Part shown: positions 24,119 through 37,679 of the stretch, one piece after another | Layout of the letters: each line of letters begins with the position of its first letter | How positions within the stretch are numbered: position 1 is the first letter of the stretch | Source: Malacoraja senta | Lineage: Eukaryota | Reading direction: 5' to 3' | DNA: 64,000 nucleotides | Assembly (NCBI GenBank): GCA_038087875.1 | Contig: CM075989.1 | Coordinates: 4,402,001-4,466,000, forward strand | Made by a program: the position numbers and the translations under genes | The notes under the pieces: generated by a model | What the model was told of the DNA's origin: nothing | The model's input: only the letters and a program-made list of their open reading frames with translations | Databases searched by the model: none

Positions 24119-25162
24119 AAGACTCCAGCAAATTTTACTCTCCATCAACCTGTTCGAATGTGCCTGTTTTCCACGCAGAGAAGGCACTGCTGATGGTCTC
24201 AAATGGTAGACGAAGAGGCCCCAAAAAATAGGCACAAGATTAAAAGCTCAGTGTCCTGACTCATGTATTTATTTATACTAAGACTTTATATATGTCACGA
24301 CCATGCATATGAAGATGATTCCATTTTGTATGGAGGCTGAGGAGTGGAGGAGGTTGTGGTAAGGAAACTTCAAAAAAGTGAACAGAAAATTATCTGAAAT
24401 TTTGGTGACACTTCAAATCAGAGCATTTTTTTGTTTGAAGGTTAAAAGGGTCCTGGATGGAGTCCAATTCAAATGTCTTGGTGCTTTTTTAAAATAGCAC
24501 TTTCTGCTCATTCGATATGAGGTGATTGTATAAATATCCTCAAGTTCACAGGTTTTATAATCATTGCATTAAACCAGTATGAAAAACATCACAGTTAGAA
24601 AATAGATGGATATTTGTGGAAAATGCAGTATCAGAATATTTGTTCTTGTATCATGAAACATATGCTTTTTTATTCAACCACAGAAAATGCAATGTCAAAT
24701 TATAAGAGGATAATAACACATGTGTTATATGTGCAATTAATTTTATTTTAAAGGGCATTGGGGGAGTTTGGACAATTCAGAAGCCAGCCTCTGAAAACCT
24801 TCTGAAGTATGATTTTGACTCTGAGATATTGTACAATGCGTAAATGTGAACCAGCAGTCAGATTCCTATCTCTCCCCGTTGATGTGGGGTGAAATAACTC
24901 AGGGAAATATCTAAAACAGGCCGACACTCCATGCAATCATTCGTTTTACACTGTTGGACAAAGTAAATCATTTGTTGTCGAAACAGCCTATGGCTCACGA
25001 TACACAGGCTGAGAGAAGTTAGGCAAGGATGGAACAAGATAAAAAAGATGGGATTGGATGAGGTAATAAATGCCTGTGGATTAGGAAGATGTTGAGGATC
25101 GATATTTTGAGATTGATATTTTGCAAAATTGCAATTTTGTAAATTTTGATATTAGCTAAGCG

Positions 25163-25624
25163 AGGGTGGCACGGTGGCGCAGCGGTAGAGTTATTACCTT
25201 ACAGCGCCAGAGACCCGGGTTCGATCCTGACTATGGGTGCTGTCTGCGCGAAGTTTTTACCCGGCGTGGGGGCCTGGCAGAGGGGGGAGGGGGTGGGCGG
25301 GATAACAAAGGAAGACCCGGCGTGAGATACTTTGCATACCGTGGGTGAGCAAAACAAAGCATTTCACTGTGACTCGTCACATGTGATAATAAAGTATTTA
25401 CTCACTCATTCTCCCCGTCACCTGTGTGAGTTTTCTCCGGGACATCCGGTTTCCTCCCACACTCCATAGACGTACAAGTTTATAGGTTAATTGGCTTCGG
25501 TATAATTGTAAATTGTCCCGAGTGTGCAGAATAGTGTTAGTGTATGGGGATCGCTGGTCGGCGCAGAATCGGTGGTGAAAATGGCCTGTTTCCACGCTGT
25601 ATCTCTGAACTAAACTAAACTAAA
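25163..25624 (+). mobile_element. HE1-type V-SINE with an unrelated insertion at ~25255-25409
   Basis: Head to ~25254. The V-domain resumes at TTCTCCCCGTCACC. The insert ends with the Rex1-type tail GCATTTCACTGTG..TGTGATAATAAAG. Confidence 0.85.
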
Positions 25625-26156
25625 AGAATGTTAAAATGAACAAACCATGTAGGAAGAGGAATGTTGAGTGGATACAAAAAACAAAATCCATAAAGGCACT
25701 CACTGATAATTAGTAAGTGAAATGTTAATTATGGAGTGGAAGGGGCAGTTAAAGAGGGAATCAGCGGTCAATAATATGTTATTACCCGTCTCTCTGAGAG
25801 TATTAATTGAACAGTTGCATAGGTTCAAGGACGTGATCTGATAAAGGGAAGTTTGGAAAGGCAGCTCTCGTGTGTCAAGGGGTGAAGTGCAGACCTCTTA
25901 TGATTTTTAACCCCACCGTCATTTCACTCAACTCATGAACAAGCAAAGGCGACGCTGGGGAAAGTCCACGGAAATAAAAATAAAATCCCATTTTAGTTTG
26001 TAATTTCCAATCAAATTACGAATCAAAATTATAGAAAAGGCATTAAAAACAGACCATCAGCCAGTGTCATTTCCAATTGTAAAACTTAATTGAGGTACCG
26101 TGTAAATTAGTCACCATCACTAAGAAGCTTTAGAAGTTTTCGCCACAGTTGTACAT

Positions 26157-26452
26157 AGGCACGATGGCGCAGCATTAGAGTTGCTGCCTTACAGCACCAA
26201 AGACCCAAACTCGATCCTGACTATGGGTACTGTTTGTACAGAGTTTGCACATTCTCCCTGTGACCACATGGGTTTTCTCCGGGTGCTCCGGCTTCCTCCC
26301 ATAGTCCTACAACGTACAGGTTTGTAGGTTAATTGGCTTCTGTAAATCCTCTCTCAAGTGTAGGAACTAATGTTCAGGTTGATTGTTGATTGGCGTTGAC
26401 TCGGTGGGCTGAAGGGCCTGTTTCTATGCTATATCTCCAAAATGAAATCTAA
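26157..26452 (+). mobile_element. HE1-type V-SINE
   Basis: Head, V-domain and tail are all present. Confidence 0.85.
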
Positions 26453-27027
26453 ACATTATGAGTTGGTATTAAGAAATCATTCTGAAGTGGTTGTCATTTG
26501 AGTATTAGTGTGAAAATTACTACTGATAGTTCACGCCATATCTGTGTACATTCAGTAAATGTTTTTTATCTATATGACTTTATAATATTTATACCTACTC
26601 TCTCTCTTTCTTTCTACAGTCCTCAATTTCCTTCACATATTTTGTACGCCATTTGTCTTCATAGTTTCACTTGCCAATATTTTCGATGTCACAAACTGCG
26701 CCCTGTTCTCAAATGGGAATCTAACCCATTGCTAAAAAAAAGCTGCCACCAAGATTCTTTGCTTCGTCTTTTCAGGTCAAATATCTCATCCTAAACCATA
26801 CATCCCTTTGACTGTCACCGCAGCACCCCTTCCCCCAAACCCACACTGCAAAAGTAAATGTTAAAAAATACAATAATTGTATAATTCTAGATGCCGAATG
26901 TTTTATTTTTGTACAATTGCTTTAATAAAAATTTTTTTTAAAAAGACTTCACCCATACACTTGTTCCATCCATTCTTCCAATATGTCTGGGTAAAATACA
27001 AGTAAAAGTTCCAAACGTTTGTTATAA

Positions 27028-27170
27028 TGTCATACAGCATGGAAACAGGCCCTTCAGCCCAAAATTCCCATGCCGACCCTGGTTACCTATGCACACTAGC
27101 CCCACCTGCCCGCATTTGGCCCACATCCCTCTAAACCTCTCCTACCCATGTACCAAATCTCTTAAATGTT
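27028..27170 (-). mobile_element. CR1 3' tail fragment
   Basis: GTCATACAGCATGGAAACAGGCCCTTCAGCCCAA. Confidence 0.7.
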
Positions 27171-27578
27171 CAGCAATATTTTGTCTCTCATTTTGGATCT
27201 TCCTCTTTTCACTCCCCTGTGTATAAAGTATTAATGTTCTCTTGATACTTGATACTTGAACGATCCTTATGATCCAAATGTACCATTCCATGGACCCCAC
27301 CTTATCTTTACAGCCTCAAATGCTCAGACTCAAGAGCACCCTGAATGAACAAACCATTTTTCGCTTTAGATATTGGCATTCTGTAGCCCACTTCCAACTA
27401 TGGCAGTGTTATGAGAATATTGGAAAGTAGGCCCTGCAGTGGGCTTTGCAATCCCTCGGTCCTGTACGATCATGGCTGATCTGCCCCAAGCTTCATCTCC
27501 TCTTCTGGGAGTTCTCCAGAGCCCTCAATTCCGCAATTTATTTCAGATATCTTCCTATCAGTCGTTTCAAAATGACTG

Positions 27579-27909
27579 TGTAGGCAGGAACTCCAGATGC
27601 TGGTTGATACCGAACTTAGACACATAATGTCGTGGGAACTCAGCGGATCAGACATCTCTGGAGAATAGGTGACAATTTGGGTCAGAACCCTTCTTCAGAC
27701 CGAAGATAGGCACAAAGTGCTGGAGTAACTCGGCGGCTCAGGCAGCAACTCTGGAGAAAAGCAAAAAGTTTCTGGTCGGAACCCTTCTTCAGACGCTGGT
27801 CGGAACCCTTCTTCAGGTCTGAAGAAGGGTCTCGACCCAAAACATCACCTATTGCTTTACTCCAGAGTTGCTACCTGACCCGCCGAGTTACTCCAGCATT
27901 TTGTGTCTA
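27579..27909. mobile_element. Penelope-type element with tandem and inverted arms
   Basis: Repeated ACCCTTCTTCAG units followed by an inverted arm. TSD-like TTTCAAAATGACTG / TTTCAAAAAGAGTG. Confidence 0.8.
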
Positions 27910-28305
27910 TTTCAAAAAGAGTGATTGACTCAAAATCAAATTAAGCAGGAAATAGTTAAAACTGGCATCAAGCACGATGCTGGGCAACAGGAAGTATTAT
28001 GCTGCACAGGAAAGATTCTGCTCAAATGGCTTAAAATGTCACTGTATTTGCTAAAGGATTTGCTAAAATTTGGCATAAAAGTGCAAAAATCATCCAATCA
28101 ATTTGATTACAACATGAAAAATCACGTCCCCTTCAATCTTGCGACAGAGGAACTTTATAAAATTTTCACTGACCTGACATCCCCCTTATGATAAAATTAA
28201 GTATATTCTCTGGACTTCAACAAGATCATAACTTACTGTGGATGTGTGAAGCCATTCAGTCCACCAGAAAGCACCCACATATCTTGATGCCAGTATATTA
28301 TACAT

Positions 28306-28637
28306 GGGGTGGCACAGTAGCACAGCAGGTAGAGCTGCTGCCTCACAGCGCCAAAGACCCAGGATTAATCCTGACCTCGGGTGCTGTCTGTGTGGAGTTT
28401 GCACCTTCTCCCTGTGACCCCGTGGGTTTCCTCCAGGTGCTTTCCAGTTTCCCCCCACGTCCCAAAGATGTGCGTATTTGTAGGTTAATTGGCCTCTGTA
28501 AATTGCCCCTTGTGTGTAAGGAGTGGATGGGAAAGTGGGACAACATAGAACCAGTGTGAACGGGCGATCAATGATCGGATTGGACTGTGGGCCAAAGGGC
28601 CTGCTCCCATGCTGTGTCTTTGAACTAAATTAAACTA
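28306..28637 (+). mobile_element. HE1-type V-SINE, older subfamily
   Basis: Head, V-domain and tail are all present. Confidence 0.85.
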
Positions 28638-29077
28638 TATTGAACATTCATTCACTGTGTCACTTACAACATGCAATCAAGGCATTGATTTGAGTTCTAA
28701 AATAATCTTTTACTCTGTTGCATCGATGTGCCCTACAGACTAACATATCATAGGTCTCCTTTCACTTCTGAAAGAATTATAAATTAGTTTAGATTCATTT
28801 AAAAATACTAACAATATTTGATAACAAGTACCTTCATTCAATTTATTTTAATTTGGAGTCTAGCCTAGGTGGAAGGAGACATTTTAACAGTGGAGTTAAT
28901 ACAGAGCCTAACCTCAGATAAGAAGGATGACAAATTAGGCCAGGATACACATATACAATTAAAACACGACTCTTTGTTTTTTTTTCTGTTCTGTCTCATT
29001 TTCTATATAATGGTTGAATTTAATATTATCATTTATATTTAATGCAAATGTACAGCAATTTAAGAGGCAGAAGTGGA

Positions 29078-29391
29078 GGGCAGTCACGGTGGTGCAGCGG
29101 TAGAGTTGCTGCCTTACAGCGAATGCAGCGCCGGAGACCCGGGTTCGATCCTGACTACGGGTGCTGTCTGTATGGAGTTTGTACGTTCTCCCCGTGACCT
29201 GCGTGGGTTTTCTCCGAGATCTTCGGTTTCCTCCCACAGGCGTACAGGTATGTAGGTTAATTGGCTTGGTAAATGTAAAAATTGTCCCCAGTGGGTATAG
29301 GATAGTGTAAATGTGCGGGGATCGCTGGTCGGCGCGGACCCAGTGGGCCTGAAGGGCCTGCTTCCACGCTGTATCTCTAAACTAAACTAAA
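29078..29391 (+). mobile_element. HE1-type V-SINE, subfamily with a GAATGCAGC insertion in the head
   Basis: TTACAGCGAATGCAGCGCCGGAGACCCGGG. An equivalent insertion is at 42428. Confidence 0.9.
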
Positions 29392-29569
29392 GTAGGTTGT
29401 AATGTTGCCATAATGAGGCATCACAGCGATACAGCTGGCAGAGAGGCATAATTACAACGTGTGGAGTTTGCATTGGCTTTTTCCATTCTAAATTTTGGGC
29501 TTAGTTTGGAAAGTTTGGAAAGGGAGCTATGATTTTGTGTCTTTTATTCACATGGTCATTTTTAAACAA

Positions 29570-30090
29570 TGCCCGGCTTTCATCCCCCCCCCCCCCCCCC
29601 CCGTCCCCTATTCACCTCACTTTTCTCCCCACTCCCCCACTCACTCCCAATCCTTTTTTTATTCCCCCCCTCCTTCCCAGTACCCCATCCGGACACACCG
29701 ATTTCTCCTATCGCTCCCTCCCCCTCCACCTGTATTCCTTCCTCTGGCTTCACAATTGGCAACTCTTCCATCCTTTTGTCTCGCACCTTCTGTGAATTCA
29801 TCTCTGACCTTTGCCTAATCCAATGCCTATCGACCCCCCCCCCCCTCTGTCCCACCACCCCACAATCAGCCTACCAAAGAGTCCCGACCCGAAAAATCAA
29901 CTATCCAAGGACTAGGTGATGTTTCGAGTTGGAACCCTTCTTCAGACTCGGGCTGAAACCTTTCTTCAGGTGTGAAGATGGGTTCAACACATCACCTTTT
30001 CCTTTTCTCCGGAGAAGCTGTCTGACCTATTGAGTTACTCCAGCGATTTGTGGCTATTTCTATAAACTAGCTTCTGCAGTTCCTTCTTTC
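29570..30090 (+). mobile_element. Penelope-type 3' region plus hairpin
   Basis: C-rich body ending in a degenerate core (GAGTCCCGACCCGAAAA), followed by family arms. Confidence 0.55.
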
Positions 30091-30404
30091 CACCCATAGC
30101 ATGCAGCTTCTGATAGCCTTCTGCGTATTGCCTCTGTACTAGTATTAGGCAAATTTATTCTATCACACCCGACAGGATCAATTTATTTCGATTAATTTCC
30201 AATCCTAAAATCTCGTGTCTTCATTTCCTTAGAGAAGACTACAATCAAACACACTAAAACAAACTAGAAACAAATGGGATGTCTCCAAGCTAAGTATAAA
30301 TATTAGAAAATTCACCATGATAAAAATGATTCCTATTTTCTATCTCCTATGCTTCTATGCTTTTCTAATCTTTCTATTGCAGATACAAAATAAACGTTAA
30401 GATG

Positions 30405-30499
30405 TCTGAAGAAGGGTTTCGGCCCGAAACGTTGCCTATTTCCTTCGCTCCATTAGATGCTGCCTCACCCGCTGAGTTTCTCCAGCATTTTTGTCTACC
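30405..30499 (+). mobile_element. 95-bp Penelope-type mini-element with hammerhead-like core
   Basis: Starts TCTGAAGAAGGGTTTCGGCCCGAAACGTT. TSD AACGTTAAGATG / AATGTTAAGATG. Confidence 0.9.
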
Positions 30500-32455
30500 A
30501 ATGTTAAGATGGTGTGTGTTTCAAATTCCTTCAAAAGCACACAACTTTACACAATGACTTCAGATTCTAATTGACCTGTCAAGTAAACAAACTCAGGATC
30601 ATTATCTAAAGCCAGACCTTTAGTGACCCCACCATTCACTTTAACAATGCACAGCAATCATGTCTTCTCGCCTTTAAAGGATACATATCTACATCACATT
30701 TCTACTTGGTGCAGAGATCATGTCCTTATAATACTGCCAATTTGCCATTAACATTGCCATGGGAAATTCAATAGAATTGAAGGGTTTTATACTTGACAAC
30801 CCCCTAACGCAAGCACCATGACTGTTCTGGGGAAGTATTATAAATGGAAAATATACCGAGAATGCAAAAATATATATGTCTTTCTATGTTGTGTAGAACA
30901 GCCCACAGACCTTGTTTTATTCTTTGCCGATTCTAAGAGCGATTCTTTGCCACCACAGTTTAGCAACGATATTGCCGTGCAGGGCGGGACAAATGTGAGC
31001 TCCTCAGCTTCCTCACCATTTTGACTGAATATAAGTGGCTACGAGGCAGAAGAGAGAGTAGCTGTATGCAAGGAAGAAAGAGAGGTAGAAGAAATACGGG
31101 AGTACTTAATTACAATTTTATATATACATGGTATTTGATAAATATTAATTTTAGGTTATTAATAAACATTAAAAATCAAAGACATAAAATTGAATACATT
31201 TCAATCGGTCTCCCAATGATCCCCCCAAAAATTATATGGCTCTAATCCTGTGCGTTGGACAATTATTTACTGAGAACCCACGCGGAAATTTGTTTTATTA
31301 ATGTTTGTAAAGACTGTCACTGCGAAACTGAATTATAATTGATTCCTTGTGCTTAAATCGTGAATATTATGAGTAAAACTATTGTGTGTGGCATGAGGAA
31401 AGTTTAAGGGGTGAATCTGTGGAAGGTAGCAGTTAAATTGCCACTTTGGGACTGGAACAAGAATTTGGGAACAGATTTTAAGATTTTGCAATTTGCTGGG
31501 ATAAGCACAACAGGCCAGGGGATGGGGCCGTAGTGAAGCTGAGATTCCACTGAAAAAACAATATGCCACTGCTCGGAAAGAAATCTATTCCTTGCCAGCT
31601 CAAAGTCGCTTGGTATGCTTTGCTCATTTGCGAACTTCTATAACTTGTATTGCAGCCAAACTTCAGATTCTAACCACTTGACAAATTCTACATACCCCAA
31701 TATTATTTGGACAATCTAAAACACTTTAATACCTCATGTAGGTTTGAAGATTTATCTTTGCAATAAACTTGTAGATTTTGAGCCACAACCCATCATTTAT
31801 ATTTTAAATTACAATGTTATTGGCAATATTGCGATGTTTAAATAAAGTAATTTCTTTTGGGAAGCTGGGGAAATGAAATTTGTGGAAATACTTTAAGTTT
31901 CAAGTAATATTTCAGAAATACCAATTTTTTGTGGAACCCGGTTCTATAAGGAAAATCAAGGACTAGAAATAGCTGTTAGCTGGTGATGGAGTGAAATCTG
32001 ATTTCACAATTGAGAATTAAAGGAAAGGGGGGGAAATGAAAAGTGCAGGAGGAAAGACAAAATCAATTTGGAAATGTTGATCAGATGAAGCAAGTTTAGG
32101 ATTGTTTAAATTTTATGATTACAGGAAAGTTTGGAGAAGTGAGGTGCTGTGTAATATTAAGCAGCAGAGAAAATAATAACATTGATCATAAATGATTCCA
32201 TGAATCTTGCTGCTTTATTATTTATAAGACCTTAGTCCACAATCAGGATTTGTTTTAAAACACAATTTCTGCCCACTTAGAACAGATAGGATTAATCAGA
32301 ATAACAATTCGCTAAATCCCCTTTCCTGTTTAATTGCTTAACCCAATTAAGTCTTGGATTTTTTTTAATACAATATAATACTGATTTTAATCAGGATCAC
32401 AAAAAGATAGTGAGATTTTGATATCACAGAAGTAGAAAGAATGTATTGTAATATG

Positions 32456-32521
32456 GTAGACACAAAATGCTTTTGTGTCTGTCTTCGGTGTAAACCAGCA
32501 TCTGCAGTTCCTTCCTATACA
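32456..32521. mobile_element. Collapsed Penelope-type hairpin
   Basis: GACACAAAATGCTTTTGTGTC plus tail. TSD TATTGTAATATG / TACTGTAATATG. Confidence 0.8.
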
Positions 32522-32812
32522 TACTGTAATATGATTGTTTGCAGAGTAGGATTCTGAAACAGAAGTAATTCCACTGTCAAAGACAATGGGTAAAAACTCA
32601 AAGCAAATGACAATGCCCGATTCAAATGACAATCTGTCTGTCTCAAAATGTTCATATGTCAAACAATGGTGTAATTATAGAAGAAAAATTCTTCTAGTGT
32701 TCTCTGTATTTGTGCATTGTGGATCATTCGGGAGAATATCAGAGGAGCGTGGAATATGGAAAGAAAAAAGTAAATGGGAACAAAAAGGGGAAACTGGAAG
32801 GAATGAATGAGA

Positions 32813-32953
32813 AGGTGGAGACAAAATGCTGGAGTAACTCAGCGGGTGAGGCAGCATCTCTGGAGAGAAGGAATGCTGCCTCGCCCGTTGAGTTACTCCA
32901 GTATTTTGTGTCTACCTTTGATTTAATCCAGCATCTGCAGTTCTTTCTTACGC
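32813..32953. mobile_element. Penelope-type hairpin with a central deletion
   Basis: Perfect 15-bp TSD AAGGAATGAATGAGA at 32798-32812 and 32954-32968. Confidence 0.85.
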
Positions 32954-33697
32954 AAGGAATGAATGAGAGGCAGGCAAAGTGCAAGAAATGGGGAGAAGAA
33001 ACAAGTCAGGGAAAACAAATTTAAAAACAGGGATACAAAGGCAATTTAACTTATTTAGATTGTATTTTAGAATATGAAACAGGCAATATTTTAGTTTTAA
33101 TGGTGAATAATTCTACATTTCCTGAGCAGGATTGCAGAATCATAGGATGTGTTCAATGTTTTTTTGTTCTCAAATACTGGCCCATGAGACAGAATAAAGT
33201 GTATAGGGAAAAATATTCCAAATTATTCTGGATTAGCAGAGATTATAATGTGGAGATTCAAATTGGCAGCTGTCGCCCTGTACAGAAAAGTTCTGCAAAT
33301 TTATTGCAAACTCAACACTCGATTGGCTTTATTGTTTGCACCAGTGTGATTTTGATATATTAACAGCTGTAATAAGTATTGTACAAGATGTTACTTATCT
33401 CTGCTTTCTTTTAAATCATAATGATATGTCAAACTCAGCCAGTGGAGGAAAAAGTTTATAATATCTTGGAATGATTAGTTTCCCCGAAAATCTAGCTTTT
33501 GCAAAATAGAATAATTCCAATAACATTTTATCACAATAGTTCAATAATTGATGCAAATGTCTAGAGCTAAACGTGTAACAATAATTTGTGTTACCATTTT
33601 AAAGGTCTTGAGAATAAAAGTATATAAATTTAAGGCTTAAGTATAAATTTACATTGAGGTAGAAATTGTGAGAAAAGGTGTAAAACATTTCGTAAGG

Positions 33698-33824
33698 TAC
33701 AAGGAACTACAGATACTTATTTATTCAAAAAAGGACACAGAGTGCTGGAGTAAGTCAGTAGGTCAGGTAGCATCTCGGGAGAACACGGATAGGTGACGTT
33801 TCGGGTAGAGACCCTTCTTCAGAC
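33698..33824 (-). mobile_element. Penelope-type arm with intact hammerhead-like core
   Basis: The minus strand reads CTGAAGAAGGGTCTCTACCCGAAACGTCACC. Confidence 0.75.
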
Positions 33825-34791
33825 ATATTGCAGGATATGGTGGTAATTTTATAGTAAAATGGTAGAAACAGGCTTTATATCTCTAATCTTCAATGTGAAG
33901 CTTATCTGGCCCCCTACATTTTTGTACGTGGTTCTCCAGTATCTATTGTTCCCCAGTTTAATACTTAATATTGGAAGAAAAGTTCAACACAATTGCAGAT
34001 TCCAGCTACTTGGAATCAAAATACTTGAAAGAAAAGAAAATACCACGGCTGAGAAAATTCACAGCAAATCCAGAGAGACGGAAGACTCCTCAGTCATAAG
34101 AAACACAGCAAAAATTAATCGTGTTTAAATAAACCGAAAGCTTCGCTCAAAGACTTAATGTCGGCATACTGCTGGGAGGTTATTTGCAAGTTCTTTTTCT
34201 GACTATTTTTCCTCCCCCCCCCCCTTTCTTATATCATTAGTCGTTATATTCCGATGTGTTGTTTATCAACTGGAACACTTCCACCAGTCAGTCTCTCTCT
34301 GATACGCACAGCTTACTGTGCTTAAAATAGGAATTGCAGTTTAGAGGTGAAGCTGATAAATTTGGTTCAGCAAAATAATATGATTAAATCTGAAAATTAC
34401 TATCACTGGCCTAAATATCACAACTCACGTGGAAGAAAACAAAGTCTGAATTTAAAAACCAAAACTCAAATAATATCCACATAAAGTCAGCACAAGGCAC
34501 TCTGCCCTCTGAGTCACTGCAATATGCATGCTGTGCAGACTTAAATATAGAATATTAAGTTAGCAATATAAATTAAACAGATTCAAAATCATGAATTCTA
34601 TTTTTAAAGATTGGAGTCATTTATTTGTTTTGAAATTAATAAATTGTTTTTCACATATGAAAGGACAAGTTTGAAGCATAAGGAATCAATGTAAGCTTCT
34701 CAAGATTTGTTTGGCCATTTAATGGCTGATTTGATTACTACCAGCTCTACTGATTACTACTATTCCTATTTATCCACAAAAGCCTTTCACA

Positions 34792-35040
34792 GAACGTAGA
34801 ACAGTACAGCACTGGATCAGGCCCTTTGGCCCACAATGTCTGTGCCGAAAATGATGCCAGGATAAACTAACCTCATCTGCCTGCACGTGATCTGTATCCC
34901 TCCATTCCCTGCATATCCATGTGCCTATCATAAGGCCTCTTATATGCCACTATCATATCTGCCTCCACCACCACCCCTGACAGTACATTCCAGGCACCCA
35001 CCATCCTCTGTGTAAAAAACTTACCTCGTACATCTCCTTC
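34792..35040 (-). mobile_element. CR1 3' end
   Basis: ORF remnant RGKFFTQRMVGAWNVL..DRHMDMQGMEGY. Confidence 0.8.
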
Positions 35041-35384
35041 CACCTCCTTGTTAATCAAGAATCTATCTACCTCTTCTTCCACTGCCCGCGTGGGAAAAAA
35101 TAGCTTCAAACATTTACAAGTGTCTGAGGGAAAATATTTGGCCCCGTCTTTGTCTTAAATGTGTGATTCCTTATTTTATAATTTGACATGTTTGTTTTTA
35201 TTGTGAGATGTGGGCTTTCATGTCTATGCCAGTAATTGATAACCACCTCCAACTATCCCTTTAAAGGAAGAAATTAACTACTGCATTCTATGTGATAAAA
35301 ACCCTGGTCAGTCGGAGGATCAAGGATTTTGACTCAAGCAACGATGAACAAAGAGTAACAGTACTTTCAAATCAGCATGGTCTT

Positions 35385-35678
35385 CAATCCCCGAGAAAGA
35401 CATTGCATTCCCTCTCCCTCTGTCCATCCCCACCCCAGTTGTCCTGCTAGTTTCACTGTTCATATCCTTTCATTATCACCTCCTCTGCCGCCAACAATGG
35501 CCGATTGTGTATTAGCCATCGATGCCAACTCTGATTTGTTCTGCACCTTTTCATACCTCTAGTTTCAGTCTGAAGAACTGTCAGGAACAGATAGGTCTCG
35601 ACCCGAAACATCACCTATTCCTTTTCTCCAGAGATGCTGCCTGTCCCGCTGAGGTACTCCAGCATTTGGTGTCTATCT
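35385..35678 (+). mobile_element. Penelope-type 3' region
   Basis: CAGTCTGAAGAA..GGTCTCGACCCGAAACATCACC followed by a family arm. Confidence 0.6.
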
Positions 35679-35827
35679 ATTTATGTATCAGGTATAAATT
35701 ATAGATCATACTGTTCCTGAAACAGTAATCCACATACTGTCCTCTAGATGGACTCACAGTGTGACTCCAGATGCTGCTGTTTCCAATCAGAATTCCATTG
35801 TTCATGGCTATTCCACCTGTCTGTAGA

Positions 35828-36745
35828 AGCATAGAACAACAGGAGTGGGAGTAGACCATTTGCCCTTTCAAACCTGCTGTACCATTCAATGTGATGATGG
35901 CCGGCACTCTATCTCAACGCCACATTCCTGCTCTCTCTCCAATTTAATCTCTTTCTTAAATTAGTTTACTTTAGTTTATAGCATGTACCGAGGTAACAGT
36001 ATTATTACATGTACCAGGGTACAGTTTTTGTTGCGTACCATCCAGTCAGTGGCAAAACTTTACAGGATTACATTCAAGCCATCCACAATGTACAGATAAT
36101 GGGGAAAGGAAAAAACGTTTCGTGCAAGATAAAGTTCAGAGAAGTACGATTAAAGATATAATATATTCATCAACTTGGCCTGTGATTACAAAACTACCCC
36201 TTTCTCCCCATCTCAAACTTCACCATATTCTGTGTCCTTTGATTCTAGTCTTCTCAGCCGAGGGAAATACTTTCCTTGTGTCTAGATTGTCAAGCCCTTT
36301 TCGAATTTTGTTTGAATGAAATCTCCTTGACCCTACAAATAGACACAAAAAGGTGAAGTAACTCCGCAGGTCAGGCAGCATCTCTGGGGAAATGGAATTG
36401 GTGATGTTTCGGGTCGAGGCCCGTCTTCAGACTGCGAGTCAGGGGAAAGGGAAACGAGAGATATAGAACAAATGAAAGCAAGACATGCAAAAAGCAACTT
36501 CCCATTCCCATAGCGACCTTTCAGTCCTGGGCCTCCTCTGTTGTCGGAGTGAATCCAAACACAAATTGGACACATTTTGTCTACCTCTTAACTCTAGTTG
36601 TCATAACACAGTCCCACCATCCCAGGAATCAGTCTGGTGAACTTTTGTTGCACCCCCTCTGCACAAGTATATTTTTTCTTCAGTAAGTAAACCAAAACTG
36701 CACGCAATATTTCATGAGTCACCAAGGCCCTGTATGATTGTACTA
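35828..36745 (-). mobile_element. Old fragmented CR1 with nested Penelope-type (36335-36590) and Rex1-tail (~35960-36150) pieces
   Basis: CATCCCAGGAATCAGTCTGGTGAAC..AAACCAAAACTGCACGCAATA matches the CR1 at ~51730-51830. Confidence 0.55.
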
Positions 36746-37261
36746 ATTGTTGTGTTATTCTCTAGAATTTCTAGCCTTATCTTGTCCTCCTGTCTCTCAG
36801 AGATGAGTGGTTCAGGAATTCATTGCTATTTAAAATGGTGAGTTTTCTTTTTTTTTTCAAATTTGTCAGTTTAATGCTCCACATAATTCCATTCATCTTG
36901 CACAGGTAAATAACATTTACTATATCTTCAATCATAATTCAATGGAGTCACTTTTTGGGTTTATTCCCGAACAACCCAATGTTTTATAATCTCAGATCCT
37001 TGATGGACCTTTGCTTAAGAAAATCACCTTGTTTATGCATCAGGGAACCAGTCCATTTGCTTTCTTAATGTCTAAAATTCCGAAAAATCCTGCTGATTTG
37101 TTATTTGTCAAGTGCAAAGTATTGTTTTCTATTTTCTCTCTCTCTCTCCGGTAAATCTGTGTCTATTTGGCAGGTTCCTTCTGAGCCGGTACTTTGCTGA
37201 AGCTAGAACTACTCCGCAGATTAGGCAGCATATGTAGAAAGAGGAAGAGGTCATGTTTAGA

Positions 37262-37490
37262 GTCATTGAGATTCAGAGTCTTACAGCATGGAAGCAGGTC
37301 CTTCAGCCCAACCTGTCCAGGCCAATAAAAATGCCCCATCTAAGCTAGTCCCATTTAGTCATAGAGTCATACAGAGTGGAAATACACCCTTCAGCCAAAC
37401 TTGCCCACACCGACCAACATGTCCCATCTACACTAGTCCCACTTGCCTACGTTTAACCCACATCTCTCTAAACCTTTCCTATTCATGTAT
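37262..37490 (-). mobile_element. Two tandem CR1 3' tails
   Basis: AGAGTC(A/T)TACAG..CCTTCAGCC occurs twice. Confidence 0.65.
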
Positions 37491-37679
37491 CATGTTTCAG
37501 CTGTTTTGGTGGCATTGGTGGAAGCGGTAATAACGAGGAGAGACTTTGATTTTGATCTCATCCATGTGGTTATCACTGGCAAGTCCGTGATTTTATGTGC
37601 ATCCACAACTGCCTTATAGGATGGTGCTAATCTGCCATATAAACCATGTGGTGAAAATACTCCACCGACGCTAGAACAA

